From the NCBI GenBank assembly GCA_051453625.1, contig JBOZIK010000001.1:23056870-23099793 (forward strand): a stretch of DNA of 42,924 nucleotides, written 5' to 3'. Position numbers and translations under genes: made by a program. The notes beneath the pieces are model-generated. The model saw only the letters and a program-made list of their open reading frames with translations. It made no database searches and had not been told where the DNA came from. Shown here one piece after another: positions 23,467 to 36,849 of this stretch (position 1 is the first letter of the stretch; each line of letters begins with the position of its first letter). The DNA comes from Welwitschia mirabilis. Taxonomy: Eukaryota.

Positions 23467-24383
23467 TATGAGGAATGCAAAAAACTATGAAAGGAATATG
23501 TATAACCATTTTTGTTAGAGAGCACAATGATGTAAGAATCAATACTCTTCCAAATTTGTAACTATAAGTAGAAAATTGATACAGTGAAATAATTTACAAA
23601 TATTGCTATAACAAAACACAAAATTTCCAAATAAAATTGCATATCTTAATATTTGAGAATAAAACATATTAAAAAATTAAATGTAAATTAAGTTTGTAGA
23701 AACAAATCACAAAAAACAGAATGCAAGTTATCATTTAAAAAATGATTTGAAAAATATAATGCAAATTAGGGTTTCAAAAAAAAATTTAAGGTTTTCAAGG
23801 AATAACAAATAGAACATAAATTATGATTTAAAAAACTATAAAAAGGCAAAAGCAGAGCTTTAAAAAATTAAAACCCCATTAAGACATAATGAGATTAGGA
23901 TTTAGAAACATTTAAGAATAGAATTTAATTAGGATTTAGAGAATGGAAACAGACTTTTAAATAAAACAAAATTTTAAAAAAAATGAAAATATGGTTTTAG
24001 ATCTAATGAATAAACAAATAGAATAGAAATTAATGTCTAAAAAAATTACAAATGAAGTAAAATCAGGGTGCAGAGAGACAAATTAAATAATAGAACGTAA
24101 ATTAAGGTTTAAAAACAAATGAAAAAATAGTTTCCGCAAAACAAATTAACTAATAAAATGTAAATGAGGGTTTTAATTTCAAAACCTACACTTCCTTGCG
24201 CTCCTGAACAAGACCCTTAAAAAATCCGTGAATTGCCATGCAATTGGCCTTCGAATGGAGGAGCTTAATATCTTGTTGAAAACGTGTCCTAGCTGGCTGT
24301 AGATTTGGCAAAAGAAGACTAGTCATAAAAAGGGACCTTAAATAAAGGAGTTAAATCAATTATTTTATAAACGTTAGTGAGAT

Positions 24384-24630
24384 GACATTATGGCATACTT
24401 TGTGGTAATATGATAACAAGGGAAAAGGAAAATAATAAAATATACTATAGAAATGAATTTAACAAATAAAAAGAAAAAAGGGAGAAAAAGTAAAAATTAT
24501 TTTTTTCTAAAGGTTAAATGTCATGAGACATTATGGCTTACTTTGTGTTTATATGATAATAAAGGAAAACAAAGTAATAAAATAAAAAAATCTTATCATA
24601 GAAATGATTTTTAAAAAAAAAGTAAAAAGG
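24384..24630. repeat. Diverged direct repeat, ~143 bp spacing
   Basis: GACATTATGGC(A/T)TACTTTGTG...ATATGATAA...ATAGAAATGA at 24384 and 24527. Confidence 0.75.
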
Positions 24631-26169
24631 AAATCTATAATAAGAAGTCATATTATACAATGAAAATGTTACAATATTAACATTATTTAAGATCTTAATG
24701 GTGAAAACTTTCAAAATGACAAGGTCATGTTTTGACTTATTATCAACCATGTTCTGTTATCTCTTAAATACTAGAAACAACAATTTCACATAAAATCACT
24801 TTTAGTGCAAGAACAAAACGAAAAAAATTCTTCTTTAAAATAGCAAGTGTTCATAGATCCAATAATGAAATTCACATAAAGAGACTTAACTCATAGCAAT
24901 GAAATTACGACATGCTTTAATGACATTGCATGGATGATGCACTAGCTATTTAGTAAGGAAATATCTCTTGAACTTTGAGAACACTTTGAGAATGTGTATT
25001 AATTTTGTCAGGTGCAACTAATGGATTTAGGTACTTCACTCGCTAAAAAATAAATAAATTTTAAATATTGAAACTATGGAAAAAGAAATCTAGTAAACAC
25101 TAGTATTCATAAAAATCAAGCAACTATAGGATTAGATCAATTTTCAATTGAATTCTAGAATTTTTATTAGGGATAGTAAAAAAGAAGGTATAGAATCTAT
25201 TTCGAGAGTTTTCTTAAAAAATTCAAGTTTCACATTCCTCTAAATGATTGTTTTCTTTGCTTGATTTCAAAAAGGATAGATTGATAGAGAAGAGTTACTT
25301 AAGATTAAGAATCCACCAAGACCATGCCTTATAGTGAAGCTTAGTTCATATGGCTTGATGCAAAAGAATTCAGACAACATATGTATTATACTTGTGCCAT
25401 ATTACTTGGGACAACAGTTGTTTCTATAGTATGACTATTTTGGTTGACACTGCATGAGTCCATATATTGGCACACTATGAACGGTATGGCCATTAACAAT
25501 ACTAATCACATGTACACAGTAACATAAATTAACAACTATTAGAATCATAATTGCACAACCATAGGATGTTTTGTTGTGGATGCATGAAAATGGCTAACAT
25601 TCCTTTATGATTCCCTATTATATGTGTAGATGGGTAGCTCTGAAGGCTTATGATACACTCTATGATATCTCTAGTGACTATTGGTATTATATTTAATGAC
25701 ATCTCCTTTGGGTCAATCTTTATCTTGTCTATCCTAATCCTAGATTACCTAATTTATTAAGTTGTTATGTCTTATCGGGTACCTTAGGGGTAGCTGTCAT
25801 ATAATGGTAGCTCGATATTGGATGGTTAAGAGTGGTTGCTCAATTTATCATATTATTGCCATGTTGACTAAGACAAGGGATGATTCCTACAATAATGATC
25901 ATCAACTTTCTCCCTTATGCTAAAAAATCTTGTTCATGAGTTGCTTTTCAAATCAATATTGCTTCATTAAGTAAAATAGCACAACATTGCTACTTGAAGG
26001 GTTGCACTAAGTGTAGATTTAAATGCCTTCCTTAGAATTGGTACCTCTACCAAGAACATTACCTTCCTTTTTGTGATTTCATAGTTAGTCTCCACCATAT
26101 TAGAAANNNNNNNNNNTGAATGAAGTAGTTTAGCATTTCCCATTCATTTTGTTCTAGCTACTAAATAAT

Positions 26170-27450
26170 GGAATGGGGCAGGTTTCTATGGATCAAGCAA
26201 CTAAACTTTGGCTTATATAGACATGTTGCAATACATAACTGCAATAGAATGTAAGTTCACATCATCAGCATGTCATTACAATGATTCAAGTGCATTACTA
26301 TCTTTCTTGATAGACAGACTTATTTAGAGGTAGTGACCCACTTCTGACTCCTCAACCTTACCTCATATCAAACCCTTAACATTTGTGTACGATAGCAAGC
26401 AATCTTATAACCATATTCTGGGACATAATCTTTATAATGTGGGTATAAGTTTTTCTCTAAAATGTAGCAGAAGCAAATAACTTAACTCTTAGTGAAATAA
26501 TTGATAAAAATAAAGTGAGATTTATTATAAGTAGATTAATCTATAACAACATCATCCTTGTTAATGAGATTGTTTGATTTAGATCATCAATGGAAAAGGT
26601 AACTCTATTTTTAAAAGTAGATATTGCAAAGGTTTTTGATTCAATCCATTTGGAAACTATACTATGTTACTTAGGAAAAAGAGAATTCAATGAATCCCTA
26701 ATCAACTTTGTCAAAATTCATAAAGGAAGGGCTCATTTTAATAATTATTAATAGAAAGTATCATGGAGATCCTTAATTCAAGCAGGAATAAGACAAGGAG
26801 ACCTCATCCATTAGCTTCTATTTATTATAGGAATGAACTCTCTTCCTTATTTGTTAAGATAATTAGAAATTGAAGTATTATCATCCACTTCCACATTACC
26901 CATCCTATAATTTGTGGATCAAAGGTAAAAATGTCATACAATTGCTTTTATTAGTTTCGAGTTTGAGTATTAATTGGAATAAATCCAAAATCTACTTTAT
27001 TTTACTAATTGATCTTACAAAATAGAATCTTGCTTGTGCTTCAATGTACTACAAATATGTTTTTAGGTAAATATCTAAGTGCCTTGTTTGATCGACTTAC
27101 CAACCATACCAAAACATGAATAAATGTATTTACAAGATCATTTGAAGAATGCGCAAATGACAAAATATTTTTCTAAGTACTATTTGTGTAATATTAGCAA
27201 AAGCATGTGATAGTTTCATGATCATATACACAACCCTTTATTTTGCAATCATCATAAGAGAAATACACATTATTAATTCCATTTTTTGCAATCCTATTTT
27301 GGTAAAGACAAAAATCAAATAGCATACTTCATTTAGTAAAATTTTATATCATAAAGCAACTATGATCAAATAATGAGTCTGAAGTCACCGATGGACATTA
27401 GTAGATCTATGTTGATAAGGTTAGCTTATTCATATCATCAGAGCCAAGCA
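26170..27450 (+). pseudogene. Highly decayed LINE (L1-type) ORF2 reverse transcriptase remnant
   Basis: LKVDIAKVFDSI (26611), GIRQGD (26785), INWNKSKIYF (~26970), GKYL (~27066) and LHLV (~27328) in the canonical plant L1 order. Boundaries approximate. Confidence 0.75.
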
Positions 27451-27842
27451 TTATTTTAAAAAAGAGTCTTCCATGGAAATAAAGTAAGATTAATACTTAA
27501 GTTTTATTTGATGATACAAATAAATGAAGAAAACTATGGAAGCTCAAAATTCTAGGAAAGGGGACAAACAAGAGGAAAAAGGAAAATTCAAAATAAAAAA
27601 AAAGAGCATGCAACTAAGCTTGCTTTCTTACAAATATTTTCAAGCCTAAAAGTTTATAACAATCACATATTATATAATTATATGGAGCATATAAGAAAAT
27701 TAAAAAATTAATGCATGTCAAACATAACCAATTTTCCCTCTTTCTTATACTTTACTAGTATCATTGTGGTGTCCTTAGCTTGGTTAATGGGGGGTTAAAA
27801 ACCTCTGCTTAAAAAAGATATTAATCTTTATCTTTTAGAATT

Positions 27843-27917
27843 TGAGCTAGAAGGGATTTGAACCTCTAACCTAATGGTTTATGATCATTTTTATTAAATA
27901 AATTGAGTTAAATAGTA
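27843..27917 (-). pseudogene. Decayed tRNA-like sequence (tRNA-Arg(ACG)-like pseudogene or SINE head)
   Basis: Minus strand TAACTCA...ATGATCATAAACCATTAGGTTAGAGGTTCAAATCCCTTCTAGCTCA. B-box GGTTCAAATCC; T-stem partly intact; acceptor stem and D-arm lost. Confidence 0.4.
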
Positions 27918-30797
27918 AGGATATAATGTGTAGCATTCTATGACAATGTACAAAGTTTATTTCACATAATTTTAAAATATTATTAGTTTTAGTATTTACA
28001 ACTGTAATCCTCTTTTGCATAATATAAAAATATTGTACTGTGATGATACTAAGAGTATTAATATTTAATATTTTAATAAATACATAAATAAATAAATTAA
28101 AATAAATGTAATTGGGATTAATATCTTATTTAATGATAAAGTAGTGCTCTTGTAACTTTATGATTGTGAGTTTAATTCTGAAGAAATTATTTTCAATTTA
28201 AAAAGAAACATGTAATTAGAAGATGTATAAGGAAAATAAAAAAGTAAGTAACATGTAAAGATGTAAACCTAATTAATTTTGAGAGAAGAATTGATACAGA
28301 TACATTAATAATAAACTATACACAGACTAACCCTTCACAGTTGGTTGGAGGGCTATGATTAGAAAATAAAGATAGGTCCATAAGCAGCGATATTACTAGG
28401 GATAAACCCCTAAAAAACATCTAGAATGTAACTTCGTAGCTAATTTTCTAGTGCCACATCACATCCAAGATGGTCCTATGATGACTAAACTGATACACAA
28501 TTGAAAAAAAGATAACAAAATAGACAAAAATAGCCTTTCAAGTATCAGTACCAAGAATGGTGTATGGAATCCTTGTCAGATGGTAACGTGCTTCCACTAA
28601 GGCTAATTTATGTTAATCCAGCTATATTCCTCATAGTTTATCTAGCTTGGTTGACATCCTATCAAGTCTAATCTACAGCTAGATGGATAGCACTAGGTTT
28701 GCATTCTACACCATAATCAACAGCTTGACTAAACTCCTATGGAGCATGATCTCTAGGTTGACTCTTTTCTATTTTCCCTATGTGGGCCTGGGTTACTCCT
28801 TCCTTTCTAGTTTTTCATGTAGTTTTCTATTCTTATTCTTCTTTATTTCATCCTTACCACCCTATTAAGGTTATTCATGGTCTTCTTATGTTAGAAATTG
28901 AGGTCTAACATCTCTTCACCTTTCTATGGTTTTTGTATGTCTAGGTCTAGGTCGAGATGGTCAAAGGGGATAAAGGGAGGATTAGCCCAAGGTTGGCAAA
29001 TGTTATGTCGGTTCTCTAGGCTTAGGGATTCCATTTGGTCACTGAGAGTGGTTGACTTAGGCTCGAGAGTTCACGGGCTATTAGGATAACTAGGTTTGCT
29101 TAGGAGGTTTTATTAAGCAACTGGGTTTAGAATACTTGTGTTTTCTCCTTTGTTTGGCCTCAAGGGAGGGTACTTCTAAGTTGCTCTATAAGATCTCCAT
29201 GTCTAAGGCATTAGTTATGTTATTGCATTATAAGATGCCTTAAGCCTTTCTTTCTACTTCCTCCTAACTTAGCTTAGCCATAAGATGTTTAGACCCATGT
29301 TGGAAAATAGTGGTATGCTCTTGTACTTATTTTTTAGGTGGGATTCTAATAGATAGGATAGGCCATAATAACATGATTACGAGATTTTTTAAACTATATA
29401 ATACATTTTGATATCAATTTTTAACAAAAATCCTTTTTTTAAGTGAGAATCAATGTGTGGCCTTACAATTAATAATGTATTATATTTCTTATGTCAAACA
29501 AATATTTTGATTATGGATGCTCATAAGGTTACTTAATTATTTAATCTTAGTGTTGAATAATTTTATTATTTTAAATTATAATAATAACTATAAGAATTTT
29601 AATACTAAATAAACCTATTTATGATTAGGTAAGTNNNNNNNNNNNNNNNNNNNNNNNNNNNNNNNNNNNNNNNNNNNNNNNNNNNNNNNNNNNNNNNNNN
29701 NNNNNNNNNNNNNNNNNNNNNNNNNNNNNNNNNNNNNNNNNNNNNNNNNNNNNNNNNNNNNNNNNNNNNNNNNNNNNNNNNNNNNNNNNNNNNNNNNNNN
29801 NNNNNNNNNNNNNNNNNNNNNNNNNNNNNNNNNNNNNNNNNNNNNNNNNNNNNNNNNNNNNNNNNNNNNNNNNNNNNNNNNNNNNNNNNNNNNNNNNNNN
29901 NNNNNNNNNNNNNNNNNNNNNNNNNNNNNNNNNNNNNNNNNNNNNNNNNNNNNNNNNNNNNNNNNNNNNNNNNNNNNNNNNNNNNNNNNNNNNNNNNNNN
30001 NNNNNNNNNNNNNNNNNNNNNNNNNNNNNNNNNNNNNNNNNNNNNNNNNNNNNNNNNNNNNNNNNNNNNNNNNNNNNNNNNNNNNNNNNNNNNNNNNNNN
30101 NNNNNNNNNNNNNNNNNNNNNNNNNNNNNNNNNNNNNNNNNNNNNNNNNNNNNNNNNNNNNNNNNNNNNNNNNNNNNNNNNNNNNNNNNNNNNNNNNNNN
30201 NNNNNNNNNNNNNNNNNNNNNNNNNNNNNNNNNNNNNNNNNNNNNNNNNNNNNNNNNNNNNNNNNNNNNNNNNNNNNNNNNNNNNNNNNNNNNNNNNNNN
30301 NNNNNNNNNNNNNNNNNNNNNNNNNNNNNNNNNNNNNNNNNNNNNNNNNNNNNNNNNNNNNNNNNNNNNNNNNNNNNNNNNNNNNNNNNNNNNNNNNNNN
30401 NNNNNNNNNNNNNNNNNNNNNNNNNNNNNNNNNNNNNNNNNNNNNNNNNNNNNNNNNNNNNNNNNNNNNNNNNNNNNNNNNNNNNNNNNNNNNNNNNNNN
30501 NNNNNNNNNNNNNNNNNNNNNNNNNNTGTTGAATAATTTTATTATTTTAAATTATAATAATAACTATAAGAATTTTAATACTAAATAAACATATTTATGA
30601 TTAGGCAAGTCACGTACATGGTTAAATAGTTAAATAAAAAAATTTCATATGAAAGTGTAAAATAATATCTATAAAAATGTCATGTGGCATATTCATTTTA
30701 ATCATTTATCCATATGCCTTATTCAAATATAAAAAGAAACTAAAATTACTAGGTAAAGTAAAAGAATACTAAGTAAGAGTACTATGTTTAACTATAA

Positions 30798-30890
30798 CAA
30801 TTTCTTACATTCAATTATGGCAGTTTCTTACATTTAATTATGACATTGTCTTATGTTCCATTATGACATTTTTTTTGCATTTAATTATGG
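30798..30890. repeat. 23-bp tandem repeat x4 in the Tekay LTR
   Basis: Unit CAATTTCTTACATTCAATTATGG; also present at ~41667-41760. Confidence 0.8.
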
Positions 30891-31299
30891 CATTCCTTTT
30901 TTATGAATTGAGTTGTTGATGTGATGAACATAAAGAGTGTAAACACTTGACTAAGAACATGTAATCTTATCCATAAGCCAAAAAAGGATAAATGCATAGA
31001 ATTTACTCTACCATGACTTTATCCTTATTGATATTTGTGGAAATACTTTATGCATAAAATATTATTTTTCTTGTTGTGTGACATTGTAATTTTGAAAGTG
31101 GTGCATTTATTTTTCTAATGCTTTTAAATATGTTTTGGATTGATTATGAGCCTATGAAGGATTAAGAAGGAAGTATCATGAGGAAATGATGCATGTACTT
31201 AATCTTGTTAATTAAAGCAAGAAGATTACTCACCTAAATTAGGTGCATAAGTGATGAATAAGAATCCTTTTACCATTCATACATCACTTTTACTTCTTA

Positions 31300-31525
31300 C
31301 ACAAGATCTTACAACTTTTCCTTGATTAATCTTATCAATGTCACTTCTACACAAGCTCATCTAACTTGTTATTGATCAATATTATCATTGTCATTTACAT
31401 GTCCATATCACTTTTATGCAAAGTTCATCCAACTTGTAATTGATCACTCTTGTCATTGTCATTCACATGTCAATGTTACTTTTATATAAGGTTCATTCAA
31501 CTTGTCATTGATAAATCTCATCAAG
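31300..31525. repeat. ~50-70 bp tandem repeat x4 in the Tekay LTR upstream of the TATA box
   Basis: Recurrent CAACTTGTCATTGATCAATCTTATCA(TTGTCATTCACA)TGTCAC; the homologous tract at ~42470-42630 has one unit fewer. Confidence 0.75.
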
Positions 31526-31947
31526 TAAAAGAGATTTCCTTATCTTATGGGTAAAATGATGTAGGCAGTCTTTAACCAATCATACCAAAGATCTTTAGTA
31601 TATCATTTATCTATAAATAAAGCCCTCTTCCTTTTTCTCAAACTATTATCATTCAAGCAAGTTTATGCTACTAAAATTTCCTCTCAATCTTTTATCCTCT
31701 TAACTATGGAATTGGAGCTTGAAGCTTGGAAGCTTAGAGCTAGGAGCTTAGCACTTCCTCACTCTTCTTTAAGGATCATCAGTCTTCTTCCTTCCAAGTA
31801 GGTTCTTCTATTATAATAATTTTAACTCCATTTTTTGGATTAGGCCTATGAATATGATTTGTATTTTTCTTCTCATTGATTGATACTAAGATAAGGGAGA
31901 GATTTTAGGGATCTCTTTACATGCTTAGTTGATGAGGCTACAAATGG

Positions 31948-31977
31948 ATATATATATATATACATACATATATATAT
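31948..31977. repeat. (TA)n/(TACA)n microsatellite
   Basis: ATATATATATATATACATACATATATATAT. Confidence 0.9.
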
Positions 31978-34900
31978 TTCCTTCCTGTTGGTGTATACTA
32001 AGATGAAGAAGAGAGTTGAGGGATCTCTTAACATGCTTTACTTCTATGTGTCTGATGGATAGTTTGGCAAAGTAACCAGAATGTTCACTATGAATTTAGA
32101 TACTCATATTGTATTGCATTGTAGTATTATTGAAATGCATTTTACATCATATTTGCATTAGATTCTTATTATGGTGAGCAAGTCTGATCCTCAAGAATCT
32201 ATTTAAGTTAGGCACTCCTTCTTAGAAAATCTTAAGGCTCACAGTATTGATGCATTATTTATTGTAGTAAGTTAAGTTTATATTACTTATAATTTGTGTT
32301 CTATATACTTAGAATACAAATTTTTATTATGAACTCATAGTTAATTTAATTGATTTTTATTTCTATAAATTAGCATGAGTTTTTTTTTTGTTCTTTGTCA
32401 AAGTCTACTTTTTTTTCTTTAAAAAAAAGGTGAAGCAACTTAAGAAAGTCATAATTTATTTAATACTAAGTAAAACTTTATAAAAATTTTTGTGTAGGTC
32501 TACAATCATGTTAGTTAAAAGTTCTAGAACAATAATTTTTTTGGGAGTAAAATAATTTTTAAATTTATTTTATGAAAATAATTCATAAAATTATAAGCAA
32601 AAAATAGCAAGAAAAATGTTTTATTCTTTAGAACATATAAAAATATCTACGTAAAATTGGAGTAGTCTAAATTCTAGAGAATTTAATAAGCTTTCTAGCA
32701 AGTATTTATGCATTAAAAAACTCCAAGTTGATTAAAAGTTATAGCCATTTTAGTGAAGGATATTAGTTTAGCAATTCCAAAATTTGGGCGGTTTTTATAG
32801 TTTAGAGTTGAACCTATAAAATACATATAGAATAATTCAAATTTATTAAAATTAGTTTAAGTATAGTATAATAAGTCTAGTTTAAGAAAATTAAGTCTAA
32901 TTTATTTTTAAATTTCTAAACAATTAACTATAAAGTTTTAGTTTTAATGTCTTCTAAAAGATAAGAAAATTTATAATTAATTTTAATAATTACAGAAAAT
33001 TATCTAATGCAAGAACCAAATTATTTTAAATACTATATATGATTACTAGTTAAGTTAAATTTGTTTTATATCATTTTNNNNNNNNNNNNNNNNNNNNNNN
33101 NNNNNNNNNNNNNNNNNNNNNNNNNNNNNNNNNNNNNNNNNNNNNNNNNNNNNNNNNNNNNNNNNNNNNNNNNNNNNAAGGTTTAAAATATTGATATATT
33201 GTTTATTATAGTAAGTTAAGTTTATATTACTTCTAATTATATTTTATATATTTACAAAATTTTGTTATAAATTCATAGTTAATTTAATTGATTTTTATTT
33301 CTATAAATTAGTATGAGTTCTCTCGTTCTTACTTTAGTAAAGTTTACTTTTTTTTTTTTTGTGAAGTACAAGTTAAGAAAGTCATACCTTATTTAATACT
33401 AAGTGAAACTTTATGAAACATTTTTGAAGCTCTATAATCATGTTAGAAATTTAAAAGTTTTACAATAGTAAATTTTTGAGAGGAAAATGATTTTTAATAT
33501 TTATTCATGAAAATAACTTAAAATTTATAAGCAAAAAATGGTAAGCAAAACATTTTAGGTTTTTAAATTTATAGAAAGTTTTGAGTAAACATGGAGTACT
33601 TTAACTTGTAAAGAATTCAATAAGATTTTTAAAAAGTATTTACTCATAAAAAAAATCCATGTAGATTAAAAGTTATAGCATCTTAGTAAAGGGTATTAGT
33701 TTAGTAATTCCAAAATTTTGGTAGTTTTTATTGTTTAAAGTTTAAACCTCTAAAATACATCTATACTAAATTAAATTTTTTAAAATTAGTTTTTAGGGAT
33801 ATTATAATGAGTCTAGTTTAAGAAAAGTAAGTCTAACTTATTTTTTTCATTTCTAAATAATTAATTAGAGATATTTAGTTTTAATACCTTCCAAAATCTA
33901 ATAATATTTATAACTAACTTTAATAATTATAGAAAATTATCTAATAAAAGTAACAAATTATTTTAAATACTATAAGAATTTCTAATTAAGTTAAATTTTT
34001 TTGATCATTTTCATATACTATTTATTAAAATTTAAACTCTTATTCTTGCCTTTCAAGCATAAACATTAGTGTTATCTACTTAATAATTCTAGAGATGTGT
34101 AGCCCAATCAATTAGCTTTATTAATGTTTATTTTAATAAAATATACATATATTTTACCTGACTTTATTTTGATATAGATACTTATAAGTTATAAAGGGGG
34201 TTTAGAAGTTGACTTAGTCCTATAAATGGAGCATGTTTTTATAATAGAACTTGGATGTATTAATGTTTATTATTTGAAAAGAATTGCTATAATGTAGAAA
34301 AATGAAGAGATGTTTTCTTTCATTTATTTTAATTATTACACTTTGAAATGTATAATTTTCCTTTATGTAAAATCAAAAAGATTCTTATATGTTCTATTTT
34401 TGTTTTATATGATTGTTTCTTAAAATAAATCCAATGATGATGAAAATTATTTTTCCTAGGGAAACAATCTGCTAAATATTCACATATTATATGCTTGCAT
34501 TTGTATGATGTATTCATTCATCTAAACTAAGATAATCTCAATAATTCTTCATTTCCATACTTGGATTTCATCACCAATGTGGATTGCATTCTACTTTTAT
34601 TTTCAAACCCTTTTGAAAGTGGATTTGATCACCACTCTCCTATCCTATCCATGCATGGACTTACTTTGACCTAATATTTTGAGCTTGTGGTATCAGATGA
34701 TTATGTTGCACCATTTTGTAATGCTTTAAAGAAGCAAGGGTCATTAGTAAGCATACATCCACCTCACATATTGCGTGTCACCTATATTATGGGTATATTG
34801 AGGTGAAGTCTAAGCTTATGAAGTTTAGCCCAACTATGTTTGTATAGTCTAAAACCTGAAGTAGAACCAACTCATATCTAGAGGATGGCCAGATATTGAG

Positions 34901-35260
34901 TTGGAATTCCATTAATGGGAGATGCAACATCCTATTATATTAGTTAGCAACTATCCTAAAACTTATCCATTATATGTGGTAAAACAAGTTAACATCCCAT
35001 CAACTTTATACAAGATATCTCTGTGTGAAAAAAACACAAGTTAAAAATGAATAGGGGACACAAGTTTGACATCATTATTGTATGCAAATCAAAAGGGTCT
35101 ATAGTTAAGTAATAATTATGTTTTTCAATTATTTTAATTTTTATAATATTTTAATAGGGTCTAAATAGGATTTGAGCTTAGGTTCCGTTGTGCATGTTAG
35201 TTAATAATGCTTAAAAAATTTATGGTTAATTAAGGTTATTAAAGTTATGGTATTACATAA

Positions 35261-35272
35261 TGGTATTAGAGC
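35261..35272 (+). promoter_or_regulatory. Primer binding site (tRNA-iMet)
   Basis: TGGTATTAGAGC, 11/12 match to TGGTATCAGAGC, 3 nt after the LTR-terminal CA. Confidence 0.85.
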
Positions 35273-36849
35273 TTGTGTTAACTTAAATCATGTCTATATT
35301 AATTACTTGAAAATAAATTTTATTACATTCATTATAAACTTAATTACTAATTAACTAGAAAAATAATTATATTCATGATAATTCTTACCTATAAAGTAAT
35401 TATGAAATTAATTATCTCATAATCATCCCAAGTAATAAATAATTATAGAATTAATTATATTTATACCTTAATTATCTAATAATCATGAAGTAAACTATAC
35501 CTATTATAATCCTATTTTAGAAGCATCTTGAAGTTACTTATATTTACATTAATCCCTGTTTCCTAAGCAAAAATGAAATTAATCATATTTGTGATAGGCA
35601 TGTATTTAATTATATCCATGATGGTCCTAACTTTAAATAATCATGAATCTAATGATGGCCCTAACCCATAAATAATTAATTAAATTACACTCATGCTAAC
35701 TTTAATAGCCATGTTGTAATTGTGCTCATGATAATCCCAGTTACTAAGTAATTATATCTATAAAAATGATAATGATTAATTAATCATAAAGTTGATTATA
35801 CCCATGATAATATTAATCTCTAAATAATCATTAATTTAATTATATCCATGCTAATTCTAATTCTTAAACAATCTTAAATAGATAATTAATGCTTAATTAG
35901 GTCTTTAAGAACTTTATTACCTTATGGGTATGGATAATAATCTTTACTCATGAGACACGGAATCTCATATGATAGCCTATAGAGCTTGATCATTTTAAGA
36001 AAAATATAAATGAATATATCATAAGTATATATATCCTTAAAAATATATATAATAATAAATTAAACCTTTGTCTAATTTATGTTAACTACATGATCAGTTA
36101 TATAATTCCCCCAATTCTTACTAATTATATCTCCTATAAGTAACTTTTAAATCTAATAGAACAAATTCCTTTTTGAGTGAGGAAAAGAAATTAACTTGAT
36201 CATTTATTTAAATTAATTACCTAATGGTTATAACACAATCTTTATTAAGAACATATAAACTATAACTTTAATCTAATATTTATCCTCTTGTCAACCAAAT
36301 CTAATAATAATTTTCACCCATTCTAGATGGCTCATTATTGTCAACTAAGTCTTGGGGCTAATTCAATTACATCAACTAGTCAACATCAAAATAACTTAAG
36401 GATTAATTAGCAACATAATTATGGAAATCAATCTATAGATTTTTCTGACAAAAGGAGAAAACTAATAAAAACAACCATAATTTTTTATTATAATCAATAA
36501 TGGTATTACTACTAATGGAGAGTTGTATGCTGTGTTCGGGAAGGATGAATTGCTCTGGAAAAAGAATCTATGGATTTTTTTATAACTTAATTGATTGGAT
36601 AGTCAGTGCAATAAAGTAGATGTTGGGTAGCCAAGTGCAGAGTGGATAACTACTATAAGCTGAATTTATAAAGCTAAAGATCGTAGTTCTCAAATAAGTA
36701 CTCAAAAAGATTCTGGAGTAGTATTAATCCAAAAGCATTAGTAAGTGCCTTTATGCAATTTCTATCACGAGTAGTAAATCAATGTCAAAAAACCCATAAA
36801 TGTTAATTTCAATTAACCTAATAAGCATGTGGGTATGAATAAGTTAATT

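Larger units (their letters stand above)
29340..35257 (+). repeat. Tekay 5' LTR (about 4 kb after removing gaps and gap-flanking duplicates)
   Basis: Homologous to the 3' LTR from ~29363; CTATAAATA at 31611; ends GGTATTACA at 35257 just before the PBS. Extreme 5' end not resolved. Confidence 0.8.

Noticed and set aside
23700..24190. Interstitial telomeric repeat
   Set aside because: Only isolated TTAGGGTTT-like words; no tandem TTTAGGG array.
28128..28195. Possible Au-like SINE head (TAATGATAAAG...CTTGTAAC...GAGTTTAATTCT)
   Set aside because: Too degenerate in AT-rich DNA; no body, tail or TSD visible.
28500..29100. Possible minus-strand retropepsin relic (AVDYG...ILGTD) and ORFs 28683-28868 and 28898-29089
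   Set aside because: Motifs fall in different frames and are too weak to support a call.
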